A stretch of DNA of 63,380 nt, the filler included, from Blastocystis sp. subtype 4 (taxonomy: Eukaryota), in assembly GCF_000743755.1 (NCBI RefSeq). It is 4 parts of 4 records of this genome, joined end to end, with 100 filler letters (N's around TTAATTAATTAA, not from the genome) between each part and the next. Parts side by side here need not be neighbours in the genome. Positions count along the whole stretch, not along the records: positions 1 to 16,044 come from NW_014569299.1; 3 more parts are not named here. One strand, given 5' to 3'. Numbering within the stretch: position 1 is the first letter of the stretch; each line of letters begins with the position of its first letter. A program made the translations under genes and the position numbers. The notes beneath the pieces were generated by a model. That model had not been told where the DNA came from and ran no database searches. It worked only from the letters and a program-made list of their open reading frames with translations. Positions 1-11,384 of this stretch are shown here, piece after piece.

Positions 1-14
1 TTCTTGAGTTTTAG

Positions 15-85
15 TAATATGGATCAAGTGGAGAGACCTGATGCAAGTCGTAATAATGTAGAAGAACGAGATGACGCTTTTAATT
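15..85 (+). CDS. Last exon of a gene truncated by the window start; stop probably made by polyadenylation (T+AA)
   Basis: Acceptor-like TTTTAG at 9-14; open frame ...NMDQVERPDASRNNVEERDDAFN then T at 85, a 4-nt spacer and TGTTTGTT at 90-97. Confidence 0.45.
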
Positions 86-89
86 GGTC

Positions 90-97
90 TGTTTGTT
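90..97 (+). promoter_or_regulatory. TGTTTGTT 3'-end/polyadenylation motif (representative copy)
   Basis: The same motif follows most gene ends: + strand 3711, 11358, 21224, 21932, 55842, 58429, 60618; - strand 9264, 11691, 15926, 37012, 38590, 43734, 48188. Confidence 0.8.
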
Positions 98-178
98 ACT
101 GAAATCCCTGCTCTTGACTGATTACTACTGATAATGGTTACTTGATATCTCGCTTCATAGCTTTTCAAGACTATTGAA

Positions 179-3100
179 ATGATAACTGCAGATTCACCAG
201 GAAATGGAGAGAATCAGAATATCACTATTATTGTTGATGACTCGAACGGGCATCATGTCATCTCTGCCCCTCATCCGAATGTGTCAACACATAATATCGT
301 CATTTCAGATCAAATTGATGCAGTTCAAGTAACTTCCAACAATGCTATTGTGGATGCTATCCCTGTCGGTTCGAATGTTGATCTTCATAATAATGACCAG
401 GGAAGTTCAGGTATTATACTCACGATAGATGACAATCATCCAGATGGTAATATCGATCCTGTCTCTTTCTCTCCATCGAACCTTAATGTTCCTGAAAGTT
501 TCCCAGAGAAACCTCCTGTGCATGTTGCGATGAAAACATCGAAAGCCAAAAGATTGTTGGATGATTATGTGATAAGAAGTATTCATGTAGATAACAATTC
601 ACCCGAGAAGAATGGACCTGGATCTATAGAATTTGACTATAATAATGAGCTGTTCACGATGAAAGTGAATTGGAAGGATAATATGCGAAATGGACACGCT
701 GTTCTATTAAACAACCATCACATCATTGTTGCTGAGCTCGAGTATGTTAATGATCGAATCTGTGGATGGGTCTCATTTCGACGTAATGATGTAATTTGGT
801 TTGAAGGAAATGCTGTGGACGATCACTTAGAAGGTGAGTATCATGAGTATAACGAATCTGGAATTGAGGTGATTCGAGGAGTAGTTCATAATGGCATAAT
901 GACAGAATTGGTAATGAGTATCGACGATATGGAAGGCTATTTCATGGAACTTTCTGAACAGAATGAATGCATTTCTATTTCTCAATATGACGATTTTAGA
1001 CAAAAGAAGAATGGTCGTTGTTTCTTCTTTAAGAATGGAGTATTGGCTCGTGAGTGCTTGATTGAGAGTGATAACATGATTCAAGTGAAACGAGAATTTG
1101 TTGGAAAGCAGATGAAAGAATTTGATGAATGTAATCGTGTGTCATATGTTGGAGAGTATGTTGGGTCAATGAAAGAAGGATATCATCGTACTGGAATGGG
1201 AATCGAGTATAAGAATGGAAAGGCTGTCTATTGTGGATGGATGGAAGATGGAGTTCATTCTTCTACAATTACGAAATCACACGATCATCCTGGATATTGT
1301 GAAGAGCGAAACTGTCAAAATGATCTGGTTTCGATTGCTCAGTATGATCGAACCAATGTGATGAAGAATGGTTTGTGTTTCATGATAAAGAATCAAATGG
1401 TGATAAAGGAATGTGTATATGATAACAATGAGTTGGTTCGTGTGATATGTGAGATGAATGGAAGTGAGATGATACAATATGATGAAGATGGTTATTGTGT
1501 GTATATTGGAGAATATGCAGGTGATATTGATAATGGATTTTGGAGAGAAGGAAATGGAATGGAACAAGATCGTCAAGGTAACTTGATTTATCAAGGTTCG
1601 TATGTTCAGAATCATCGATGTGGAAAAGGTACTGTATTTCGAGATGGAGAGAAATACTATTCTGGAGAATGGGTTAATGATCGTCCTCATGGTAAAGGTA
1701 CTTTGAATGGACGTTCTGGATACTGGCGTTTTGGATACTTGAAAGTTGATCAAGGGTATTTGAGTTTTGATAACAATGTGATTCTTCATCCTTGTTGTCG
1801 TTGGTGCTTGCCTAATTGGTATGAAAATGGAGGAGTGATGGATGATGTATTTCTATTTGTCAAGACTTATAATGCTGTTTCATTTTGTGGATTTCTAGCT
1901 GGTCTTTTAATACTCCTCGATGTATTCTTATGCATGGTATTCAAGTTGGATGTAGTTATCATGTGTATGGCGGCTATTGTTGGGGCAGCCATTGCCGTCT
2001 GTTGTATTGTTGTCTTCTTTGACAAGCTTCAGGATAACTATAAATGGTTTCATGCTTTCAATCCACTATTAGTCCATTTCTGTGGTTATCTTCTTATTGC
2101 TCTAATATGTGGTATTTTCAAGGGAATTCAGTGGGCTACTAATCATAACAATGGATTCGTTGTTCTGTTCTGTTCTCTAGATCTTATCAGTATTATTGTA
2201 ATCGTTGTCGCATGTACATGGAAATATGGAGGTTGGTTATTTTTTGTCTGTCTATCAATAATCCTGATTTCTGGAGATGCTCTAATTCCTTTGTATTTTG
2301 ATTATCCGTTATGGACTGGAGTTATTTCTGGAGTTGTGGGATTTGTAATTTGTATTTGCAGTGTTGGTATATCCGAATATGAGGATTCTGGTTGGTGTTC
2401 TTTCATTGTACTTGTTGGTCATGTCATCTGTTGTTGTGCTTGTTATGTGATTGGATTGACAATAATGGCTGTTCAGTGGTTATTACCTTATACAACTGCA
2501 ATCACTGTTCTTGAATGTCTTGGAGCCATCTATGTTTTCTGTATACTTGTGGCTCTTGTGTGCAGTTGGACATATGGTTACTATGTATTGCATATTGTTG
2601 TATCGTTGGGTATGATTGCTTTAGATGGATTCATTCCATATTATTTCAAGTGGAATTTGATAACACGAATCTTAATCATTGTTTTGGGTATTATTCTTGT
2701 ACTAATTGCGACATTCAATTATCATAGTGATTTATTAAACCATAATAATTATTACACCACTTTATCTAGTTTTGTATATCACATATTTACTGGAATTACC
2801 GGAGCCATTTGTTATGGAGTTTATATATGGCTTTGTAAACTCTTAGAAGGATTTCCTCTAATTACTATTGTAATACTGATTGCAGGTATGGTAATAGGAA
2901 CAGCCACTGGACTATTAATTGAGTATTTTGTGGTTTCGACAGATAATGGTTACTATGTTACTAATTGGATTTTGAGTATTGTGTTATGCTTTATCGATGT
3001 ATATCTCTTTAATGATGATGGCTTAATTGCTATGTGTGTTGCTATTGGTATTAAGACTGTTTCTCTTTTGGTAAATTGTTGTTATAAAAAACGAGATACA

Positions 3101-3655
3101 AGCAAATGCTTCTTATTATCATCTCTTCTATATATTCCTATCTATTGTGCTGCTGCCACCTTTGACTCGTTCGAAAGAGTGACCTTTAGTACAGTGTGTG
3201 TAGTCTTCTTATTCCATTTGGGTGGATTCATTTTTATTTTAACTAGTGATGCACCTGTTTCTTTTGTATTTCTGATAGGATACAATGTGGCTTATATGTT
3301 GGTAGTAAGGACATCACCATTCTCTTTTTCCTTCTCCCTTTGTTTTTGGATGACTGTTATCATGTTGATAATTGATTGTCTCTGCTTCTATTGTACTAAA
3401 ACGAATAAGACTGGTACTTATCTTATTGCTTCTGTTGTCTTTGATACTATGATGTGTGTAGCAACAGTCTTTTACTTTACATTCTATTACAATAGTTTCT
3501 ATTTAGTTTTTGAATCTTACATTGTCATCTTGATTATTTTACTTGCTATCTTCGGTGTTATCTTTGACCATCAGTATGTTGATTATGATAAGATTGTTGC
3601 CAATATGAATATTGATAACTTTGCTGATATTACAGATGGTACGAGTAGAGAATAA
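179..3655 (+). CDS. MORN-like repeat protein with a large polytopic (roughly 20 TM) C-terminal membrane region
   Basis: 1158-aa uninterrupted ORF; MORN-like motifs (YQGSYVQNHRCGKG, YSGEWVNDRPHGKG); hydrophobic helices from about aa 565 to the end. Confidence 0.8.
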   Translation: MITADSPGNGENQNITIIVDDSNGHHVISAPHPNVSTHNIVISDQIDAVQVTSNNAIVDAIPVGSNVDLHNNDQGSSGIILTIDDNHPDGNIDPVSFSPSNLNVPESFPEKPPVHVAMKTSKAKRLLDDYVIRSIHVDNNSPEKNGPGSIEFDYNNELFTMKVNWKDNMRNGHAVLLNNHHIIVAELEYVNDRICGWVSFRRNDVIWFEGNAVDDHLEGEYHEYNESGIEVIRGVVHNGIMTELVMSIDDMEGYFMELSEQNECISISQYDDFRQKKNGRCFFFKNGVLARECLIESDNMIQVKREFVGKQMKEFDECNRVSYVGEYVGSMKEGYHRTGMGIEYKNGKAVYCGWMEDGVHSSTITKSHDHPGYCEERNCQNDLVSIAQYDRTNVMKNGLCFMIKNQMVIKECVYDNNELVRVICEMNGSEMIQYDEDGYCVYIGEYAGDIDNGFWREGNGMEQDRQGNLIYQGSYVQNHRCGKGTVFRDGEKYYSGEWVNDRPHGKGTLNGRSGYWRFGYLKVDQGYLSFDNNVILHPCCRWCLPNWYENGGVMDDVFLFVKTYNAVSFCGFLAGLLILLDVFLCMVFKLDVVIMCMAAIVGAAIAVCCIVVFFDKLQDNYKWFHAFNPLLVHFCGYLLIALICGIFKGIQWATNHNNGFVVLFCSLDLISIIVIVVACTWKYGGWLFFVCLSIILISGDALIPLYFDYPLWTGVISGVVGFVICICSVGISEYEDSGWCSFIVLVGHVICCCACYVIGLTIMAVQWLLPYTTAITVLECLGAIYVFCILVALVCSWTYGYYVLHIVVSLGMIALDGFIPYYFKWNLITRILIIVLGIILVLIATFNYHSDLLNHNNYYTTLSSFVYHIFTGITGAICYGVYIWLCKLLEGFPLITIVILIAGMVIGTATGLLIEYFVVSTDNGYYVTNWILSIVLCFIDVYLFNDDGLIAMCVAIGIKTVSLLVNCCYKKRDTSKCFLLSSLLYIPIYCAAATFDSFERVTFSTVCVVFLFHLGGFIFILTSDAPVSFVFLIGYNVAYMLVVRTSPFSFSFSLCFWMTVIMLIIDCLCFYCTKTNKTGTYLIASVVFDTMMCVATVFYFTFYYNSFYLVFESYIVILIILLAIFGVIFDHQYVDYDKIVANMNIDNFADITDGTSRE

Positions 3656-3939
3656 TGTATTGGCTCATTTGTGAGTCGAGTTTAGCAGTTGCTAGTGGTC
3701 ATTTAACAATTGTTTGTTCCTGATTTGCACTTATAGCTGATCATGACTTTTTTCTAGAATCCTTCTTGGAATAATCCCAACAGTGATACTCCATCATAGT
3801 TGTTTCACTTAGAACTGGTATCCATTATGTGGGTCGTGAGTCTTTCCTGGTACTAGTCCATTCGATAAAGCTGATTGGATACATAGAAAAGTATGGAGTT
3901 CATTCTTAGTTTGATAGATATTCATATTCCATAAAACGA

Positions 3940-4762
3940 ATGCTTACCCGTATAGAAATTAACGATCTCCTTCATGATGCACGAATGGATAGTATCCGTG
4001 GAAAAGTGAAGGATTCTCTTCTAAAGTGTGATATTGAATGGGTAATGATATCTAGATATTTGCGTGCGATGAACGAAATTGAATTCAACAAAGAAGCTTG
4101 TAAAGAAGACGAAAGAGAAGAATGGGATAAGATACTGGCAAATACAATTGAAGAATACAATGCAGTAAAAGATAGAGCAAATGATGTTGAGTTATATACG
4201 GATCAACTCCATAATAACGAGTCATGGTTACATCACACAGTTACGAGTATTGGTGTGTGCTTCTTAGTTAATTTCACTTATAGGAGGAATTGTAAATGGC
4301 TTTTTCCAGAACCCTGTCGTATCATACATTGGTACAGTTGAAGTATTGTTAATCTTGATATTATAGGCAGTTCATAATATCGGAGAAACGGCTGTTGACG
4401 CTGGAACATTACTTGTGGGAAGGGCTTCGGAAATTGTTGCTGATTACCTTGATGATGGAACTGTTAGTATTACTGAACAGTCATCAACTATATCAGAGAA
4501 TACTGTAGTTGTGGAAGAGCCGAAAAAGGAGTTAGAGGGATCTACTTCAACGGAAACACCAAAGAAAGAGATAGAAGTGCCTAATCCAAAGAAAGAAATA
4601 ATAGATAATGCTTCGGAAAAACCAATTCCAGACTCAGAGACGTCAGAACAAGAGAAGTCGGTGCCAGAACAAACAGTGGTAGAACAAGAACCAAAAGATA
4701 ATACAGAAATGAACAATGAACCTGTTCAATCAACTGAAGGTGTGAGTGAGTCTGTGAATTGA
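3940..4762 (+). CDS. MIT-like domain protein with acidic low-complexity tail (paralog A)
   Basis: Spliced N-terminus MLTRIEINDLLHDARMDSIRGKVKDSLLK|YLRAM (in-frame 30-nt intron 4026-4055); further short introns; E/T/P-rich tail; aligns with the gene at 10324. Confidence 0.6.
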
Positions 4763-4794
4763 TTACTGTGAAAGGTGTTTATAGGAAACACTAT

Positions 4795-7700
4795 CTAAGA
4801 CTCCATATTCTTAACGCAAGAATAGATATTCTCAAAAGCAAGTCGATTCAGAACATCTCTAATAATATCTTCTTTGCTTGAATCGAGTAAAGAAAACAGT
4901 TCTAATCGAGCAAGGGTAACATTTCCATGTTTCGATTCTAGCTGAAGCTGATACTGCAAGTTACTTGCAGTATTATCTTTACATAGTTTTAGCTTGGTAA
5001 TACTTTCACCAAGATACTCCAAACAAACCTAACTTGTAATAAAGAATAGGATACTACTTTCAAAGCGCTGATAGAAAAGATCTGAAGAGAACCAGACGAT
5101 AGACCATCATTCAGATCCTGTTCGAACCAATGTTGATACCTTTTAAAGCACCTTTACCTCTAAGTCCCACAATATCCTTACTCATCGAAGCCTGCATCCA
5201 AGAACAAGGCTCCTAATGTAGATTCAAAGAGGTTTCCCAATGTCTAGAATCAAGGTTCCTTGACTATCTTACTTTAGGTATTCGCTGAATGTGAGCAATG
5301 GAATTGTCGACATCCTTCTTCACTTCTGCATTCAATTTCTAGGGAAATAGAATTAATAATAGCTACTGTTGCAATGGGAGTTTTCTTAGCATCACCGCGA
5401 GCTCCACAGCCTTGAGAATTGGGAAACATAACATAATTGCATTGTGCTATTCTGGTACAGCAATCCTTGTACTGAAGGATACTCACTCGGTTATAGCACA
5501 CATCATGATCAAGGGATTGTATCCAATCAATCTAAATGAATAATAGATGACACCCCCTACAGACTTCTGAAGACTTGGAGTCATCTCCAGAACCTTGTAG
5601 AGACCTGAGTGAATTACGATTTCACCAAAATGTTCATTGGATAATAGAAAACTTTTGAGAGCTAATAAAAAGGAGAAATGAAATCCAAACAGGTTATAGT
5701 GTAAGGAGAAATACCAACTTGGTTTTCGTCCTTGATAAGGTTACTTCTGGGAACACTATGACACTGATCAAGTCGAATAATCATTCTTATGAGAATCCAC
5801 TCGATGACTGCATCACCAAAGTATTCACATAACTAGAGAGAACAAAGAATACATTGTTTACCTCCTTCACGAAGGTAGATTTCTTAGTTGGTATAGTCGT
5901 GAATATCTTACAGAGAACCGATTTGTTCTTATATGCATACCTAGAGAGGAGTAGCCAATACAGTTATACTTCTGAACTGATTCTAGTATTGCTATTCTAT
6001 TATGAATAATTGGATCATTTAAACTGATTGATTCATTAGGAAGATATTCAGTAATAGATATAGGAAGAGCTCCATTTCGATAGAACTCAATCATTAGATT
6101 TGTTATATCGGGGTCAGGGTCCAAGAGTTTGCTCGAAGCCAGAACCAGATCGATATCATTGTGGTGAAAGGCAATCGCTCCAAAGATAGCTTCAAAGACA
6201 TCAGCAATCGTATTGGTTGAGAATATCCTTGGATCACCCCAATAGAAAGACAGATCACGTGAACGAATGATTGAGTCAAGTTTCTTTTGTTTGCCTTTAG
6301 TGGCAAGAATCAAATTACTGACAGCTCGTGATTTCCACGTAATATAGGCTTGAATAGTAGATAACCTACTAGATAGAAGTTGATACGTAACTGTATAGAA
6401 CCTGATGATAATCATCCCTCGAAAGACTTACTTGATCCAACTGTCTCCATATGTTTCAAGAATATCATAATTAAAGGATTGCCACATATCCTTGGCAGTA
6501 AAAGGTTCAAGTAGTTGCTGATAAGTCATATTCACTTGTGGAGGGGTTTGAAGGAACTGAATGAATCGATCGATTTCATGAACATGCTTCAAGTAATTCA
6601 ATACGGATGGAAGATAATTGAGAGATCTCCAAATCATGAAACGAAGAGGACAAACAAGTGCAAGTTGAGGAATGATGTATGCTGCCATTGTTGAATCCAT
6701 TTCTGATGTTTGAGATTCCTTTGATAAATTCAAATAACTGCTCAATAAAAGGGATTCTGGTTGAAATGTGTCTTCATTGACAAAGAAATAATCATAGAAT
6801 GAAGGATCATCTATTGAAAATGAATGTATGCTGGAGTAAAGATAATCACGCATAGTAATTCGCATCTGAGGAGGAATCAGAGTTACACACAGCATGGGCT
6901 GATTAAGATCAATCTGTTGTTGATCTAGAGAAAAAGAACTATAACAGTCTATATATCTGAAATAACAGCAAATCAAAATGAATACCGTTTTGATGACGAT
7001 CGTATGTGTGAAGAAGGATGTTGAGTGGAATCAACTGTTACAAAACCATAGAAATTTGGTTTGTATGTGGTATAGACAATTCGATCTTCAAGTGATCCTC
7101 CAGCTTTCAGAATCTCCCAACAGTTCTCAGGTTGAATCTGCAAGGATGATGGGACTAAGAATGAATGACCAAGTATTGTGATACCAGTCGAATCAAACGA
7201 TAGTGAGTTCTGAAGTGATGACCAGTCAATTAGATCACTTAGAGTAGAATCATCACTAATAGCACGCTGATTACGCGGAAGCAAAGGAGCCACCATCTCA
7301 TCAATAGCAATATCCATTACTGTCTGCTTAAATAGGCTTAACATTCTCTCAGTCCACTGAGATATCAGTTGCTTCTGATCATCTGAGAATGTGGCTGGAA
7401 GTTGATATAGTGCATGTTAAGTGATAACTGAAATAGAAAAGAGGATATCAACAAAACGGATTAGTACATTACTGTTATTATAGAGTCGAATCGCTGGATA
7501 GTACTCGTAAGGCAGATGTGTAAGGATACCTAAAGTACTGATGTGACTTTGCGGTCTACAAATAACATATCTGCTAAAACTATACTTTTCACCACGGAGG
7601 ATCTCAATGATGCGAACAGAATTATCAAATTTCATTTTGGAAGTCACATGTTTTGTTTTGGACTTAGTTCCTGGTTGAGGAGGTTTGGTTTCTGGTTGAT

Positions 7701-9235
7701 GAGGTTTGGTTTCTTGTTGAAGAGGTTTGATCTCTGATTGAGGGAGTTTGGTTTCTGACTGAGAAGATTGTACTTCCTGTTGAGGAGGCTTAGTTTCTTG
7801 TTGAAGAGGGTTGATCTCTACTTGAGAAGACTGTGTTTCTTGTTGAGAAAAATTGATATCTGACTGAGAAGGTTTCCTTTCACTTGGAGGAGATTCATTC
7901 ATGATCGAAACATCAGATACTTCACTCATCACTTGATGATTCGATGATTCATATTGAAGACTTGAAGATGATGAACACTCATAAGAAGAATGACGATTGT
8001 GGAACCATGATACAGTTTTCTTCAATTGATGATCATTATTCTTTCGAACCACAGACTGGAAAGGAAGAAATACCTGAAGAGAAGAGAAATAGGTAGTATT
8101 ATCAATTAGTACTAAAAGTCAATATGATAAAGGAGAGAATACTCTTTCCATGACTTGACACTTGGAGAATATCAATAAATAAACTCTTCTCAATCAATTG
8201 GAGGTCATTCATAACAACAAGAGATGAAACAGAACTGAGATACCTCTCAAGCCAATCACCCTATTCATCACTCTTATTCGCTTTCTCTACAATACACTGT
8301 GTAGAAACATAGAGAATCTCATATCTCTGAAGAATACTTATAGTAAACAGAGGGTCAGTAAGAAGAGAGGTGAGTGAATCATTGAGAGTCGTAATAGATC
8401 CATCAGAAGACAGATATCTACAATGAAGCATGTATGAATAGAATACTGGAGTGATAGACATCCGGTTGAATTCACAAACACGAATAAGACTTGGGGGAGA
8501 TGACAGGCACCTGTCTTATAACACAGCACTTTTTCCATATTCGGAAACGAATAAATAGATTGAAACACACGAGAAGCAGAATCTCGAATATCAATTACAT
8601 TGGAATTGGAGATGATAAAACAAGCTTGCTGTTTACAGTTAACTTGTTGCAATTCCATGATATAAAAGAAATTGAGCAAGAAAAATAGATGAAACGATGA
8701 AATAAGTTCAACATCGATATCAATACGAGTCTTCGTCTATGCATTAACATTCATAAATGCAGATACGGAAAAGAGCTGATCGATAACGTTTAGAAGCTTC
8801 CCAAACCCCTAAATAATTACATAATTGAACCCCTTACGATGTATCCTTGTTGAATGAGATACGGAAGATAATGCCGTAATTGTGTGAGGAGATTACACTC
8901 AATAATCGATGTATCGTCAGTTCTGAATGGAAGATCACCACAACTCAACAAGTTTGCATTATTGATTGATTCAAAACACACGTCCAACTCAGTCATACTC
9001 TATCTATAGGACAATAACCAAAAATAGATACAGCTAGAGCGATTTCCACACTCGGAAAGAGAAATCCAAAGGCAACTCTTTGATTCTGAATAATTACATC
9101 ATTGAGCACCAAATGAAACTGTTTATTTACGATATCAATCGTAGTCCATTAAGGTAAGCAGATGATAGTAATAATCAAAGGATATTGTAATATATCGAAT
9201 GGGTTTTTGCTTGGAGGACTCTCTGTATAAGACAT
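4795..9235 (-). CDS. DCL: Dicer-like protein (two RNase III domains, probable C-terminal dsRBD, no visible helicase); start at 9235 or 8996
   Basis: RNase IIIa ILETYGDSWIK...IADVFEAIFGAI; RNase IIIb LCEYFGDAVIEW...PKTLGNLFESTLGALFLDAG; many ~30-nt GT-AG introns. Confidence 0.8.
7660..7870 (-). repeat. Coding 21-nt tandem repeat (QQETKPP-like heptads) inside the Dicer-like gene
   Basis: SQQETQS SQVEINP LQQETKP PQQEVQS SQSETKL PQSEIKP LQQETKP HQPETKP PQPGTK. Confidence 0.75.
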
Positions 9236-9288
9236 GAAACTCGTTAACAAGAACTAAAATAAAAACAAACAATTAGAACAAAATGAAA

Positions 9289-9985
9289 CTATTCTACCTG
9301 CAGAACCTGCGTTACAAGCCGATATTCCTCTGTATCTCGATCGGTTGGCTTTCCAAATAGAAGACTACTTCCAGGGATTGGATCATTGCGAGTTTTAACA
9401 CTCACTTCGACGCACTCTCGTATCTTCTTGAAGATTTCCTTCTTCACAACGTTACTCGTACTATCAACAAAACTATTTATCATAAACACGAAACACACAA
9501 ACAATTTCGCTGCTTCACCATTTGGAGACAGATTCACATCGAATGAACTCACTTGAAACATATTCACAATCTTCTTTAATAAATTAACTAAGGGATTTTC
9601 ATCTGTTCTCCATTGCGGATATATGTATTGAACATCCAAACAATTGGTCTATAAGTGATAATGGAATATAGTTCAAACTCTAGGGTTCACAAATGGATGA
9701 TACAGAGGAGTAACAAAAGTAACAACAGGGATTGAGCCATGATTTGATCTAAAGGATTTTCAACAAGCAATATTCTTACTTTTGTGATATCCGAAGCGTG
9801 AACTTGAAAATGCCTTCTGACCAAATGCCCTCTGAGACAAATATAATTCCATCCCAAGTGAATATATCTTTTTCGCGTGGTAAAACATAGAGACCGTGAA
9901 GATCTTGACGGAAACGGTCTAACTCGCTATATTGTTTAGATAGCTCGATGACTCGTGAGAATCGAATACTATCTGCCGATGCCAT
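9289..9985 (-). CDS. AKTIP: AKTIP/FTS-like inactive E2 (UEV) protein
   Basis: GLYVLP...WDGIIFV..GIWSEGIFKF; spliced HPFVNPRTNCLDVQYIYPQW aligns without gaps to AKTIP [20 protein letters not shown], with Asp at the catalytic Cys position. Confidence 0.8.
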
Positions 9986-10040
9986 GTCTTTCCCACAAGA
10001 TTAATCGAAAAGAATGATTTGTGCCTTTTTGTGGAATTCG

Positions 10041-10313
10041 ATGGAAAGGGATCTGATTACGATAGTTTATGTTATGCATTATTGTACATGGGATGGAGAG
10101 CATAATAGGAAAGAATACCAGATTCTTCAAACATTCTTCGACGAACTACCCTCACCATTTATATTACCATCACTCCTATTCCCTAAAGAGGGTGAAATTC
10201 CGGAAAGTTCTACCAAAGAACATGAAACCATCATCCAATCAAGTAGCGAGTTAAACTGGAAAGTCATACCAAATCCCTTTCTGGGATCATTATTTTTTAT
10301 CTTGTGCTTATAG
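10041..10313 (+). CDS. Small hypothetical protein
   Basis: Protein-like ORF between AKTIP and the 10324 gene; no family recognised. Confidence 0.3.
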   Translation: MERDLITIVYVMHYCTWDGEHNRKEYQILQTFFDELPSPFILPSLLFPKEGEIPESSTKEHETIIQSSSELNWKVIPNPFLGSLFFILCL

Positions 10314-10323
10314 AATCTAAATC

Positions 10324-11312
10324 ATGTCGTATCAAGTTGAAGTCGAAAATCTGCTGCATCAAGCTCATATGGATCAACTCCAGGGAAACATTCAGGGATG
10401 TCTCTCCAAGTAATTTCTTTGATATAACCTTTATTATTCAGACAAATTCAAGCAATGAGCATCCTAGATGTAGCGAAGAAGGATTGTACAGAAGAAGAAG
10501 CAGCTTTAATTGCTACCCGTTTGAACAATATTGCCGCTGAATTTAATATGATTCGTCAATTGAATCCTACTGTTGAAGTACAAGTGCAAAGAGAAGAAGT
10601 GAATGAGGAACCCGCTGAGACAGAGATTCCTGAAATGAGTTCGTCCACCATGGGACAGGGTCAACCACAAGTCCAAGGAGAGGAAGTGCCCCCAATTGCT
10701 TCGGAACAAACACAGAGCCAACAAGAGAGCACTCCTTCTTTCGCTGCAGCAGTTGACAAGACCTTTAATGAAATACGGGCTTATGTAGTGATAAGAACAA
10801 TGGGTAATACTTAGGCCAATCAAATGAATGAAAAGTATCATATTGCTGATGAACTGAGAGAGTCCTATGATAAGGGAGTGAACAATGTGAAGGAGTTTTT
10901 TGCTGATGGGCATGCATCGAAACACTTTAAGGAAGGATGTGATAGTGCTGTACAGTGGTTTAAGGAGAGTCGTGTAATTGAAAAGACAGCCGAGGTAAGT
11001 ACAGAGTTGAAGAATCATCTTTAGGGTGCAAAGTTTGTGATAAGTTTCATTGTTAAAGGAATTCTTGTGGGCACGCAATATGTTACGGAGGGAGTGATGA
11101 ATCTGATCTCCAAGAATACTGTAACCCAGAATGACAATATTGTCGCACCTACACCTCAAGGAATTGTTGCTGAAAACGTTTCTGTAGAGTCGTCTTCTGC
11201 AGTATCCTTCGCTTCAGAAGCTGGATCTTCCGAGAATGTTTCCTCTAGTGCACCCGCTACAGATGGACCTGCTCCAACTCAGGAAATCAAGGGTGGGAAC
11301 GTATCTGTTTGA
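10324..11312 (+). CDS. MIT-like domain protein with amphipathic C-terminal helices (paralog B)
   Basis: MSYQVEVENLLHQAHMDQLQGNIQGCLSK|QIQAMSIL (intron 10410-10441); joins ORFs 10455, 10824 and 11037 via ~30-nt introns; TGTTTGTT at 11358. Confidence 0.65.
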
Positions 11313-11384
11313 AGATATGATTCTTTGAACTGTTATATTCCAAGTTTGTTTTGCTCTTGTTTGTTCAAATTTCTTTTTGGTAAA

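Noticed and set aside
3818..3856. 39-nt GTATCCATT...TAG possible U12 intron upstream of paralog A
   Set aside because: No clear branch point, and no consistent coding frame with an ATG could be built.
9630..9650. Cys in TNCLDV suggesting an active E2 enzyme
   Set aside because: Gapless alignment to AKTIP puts Asp at the catalytic position; the Cys is two residues upstream.
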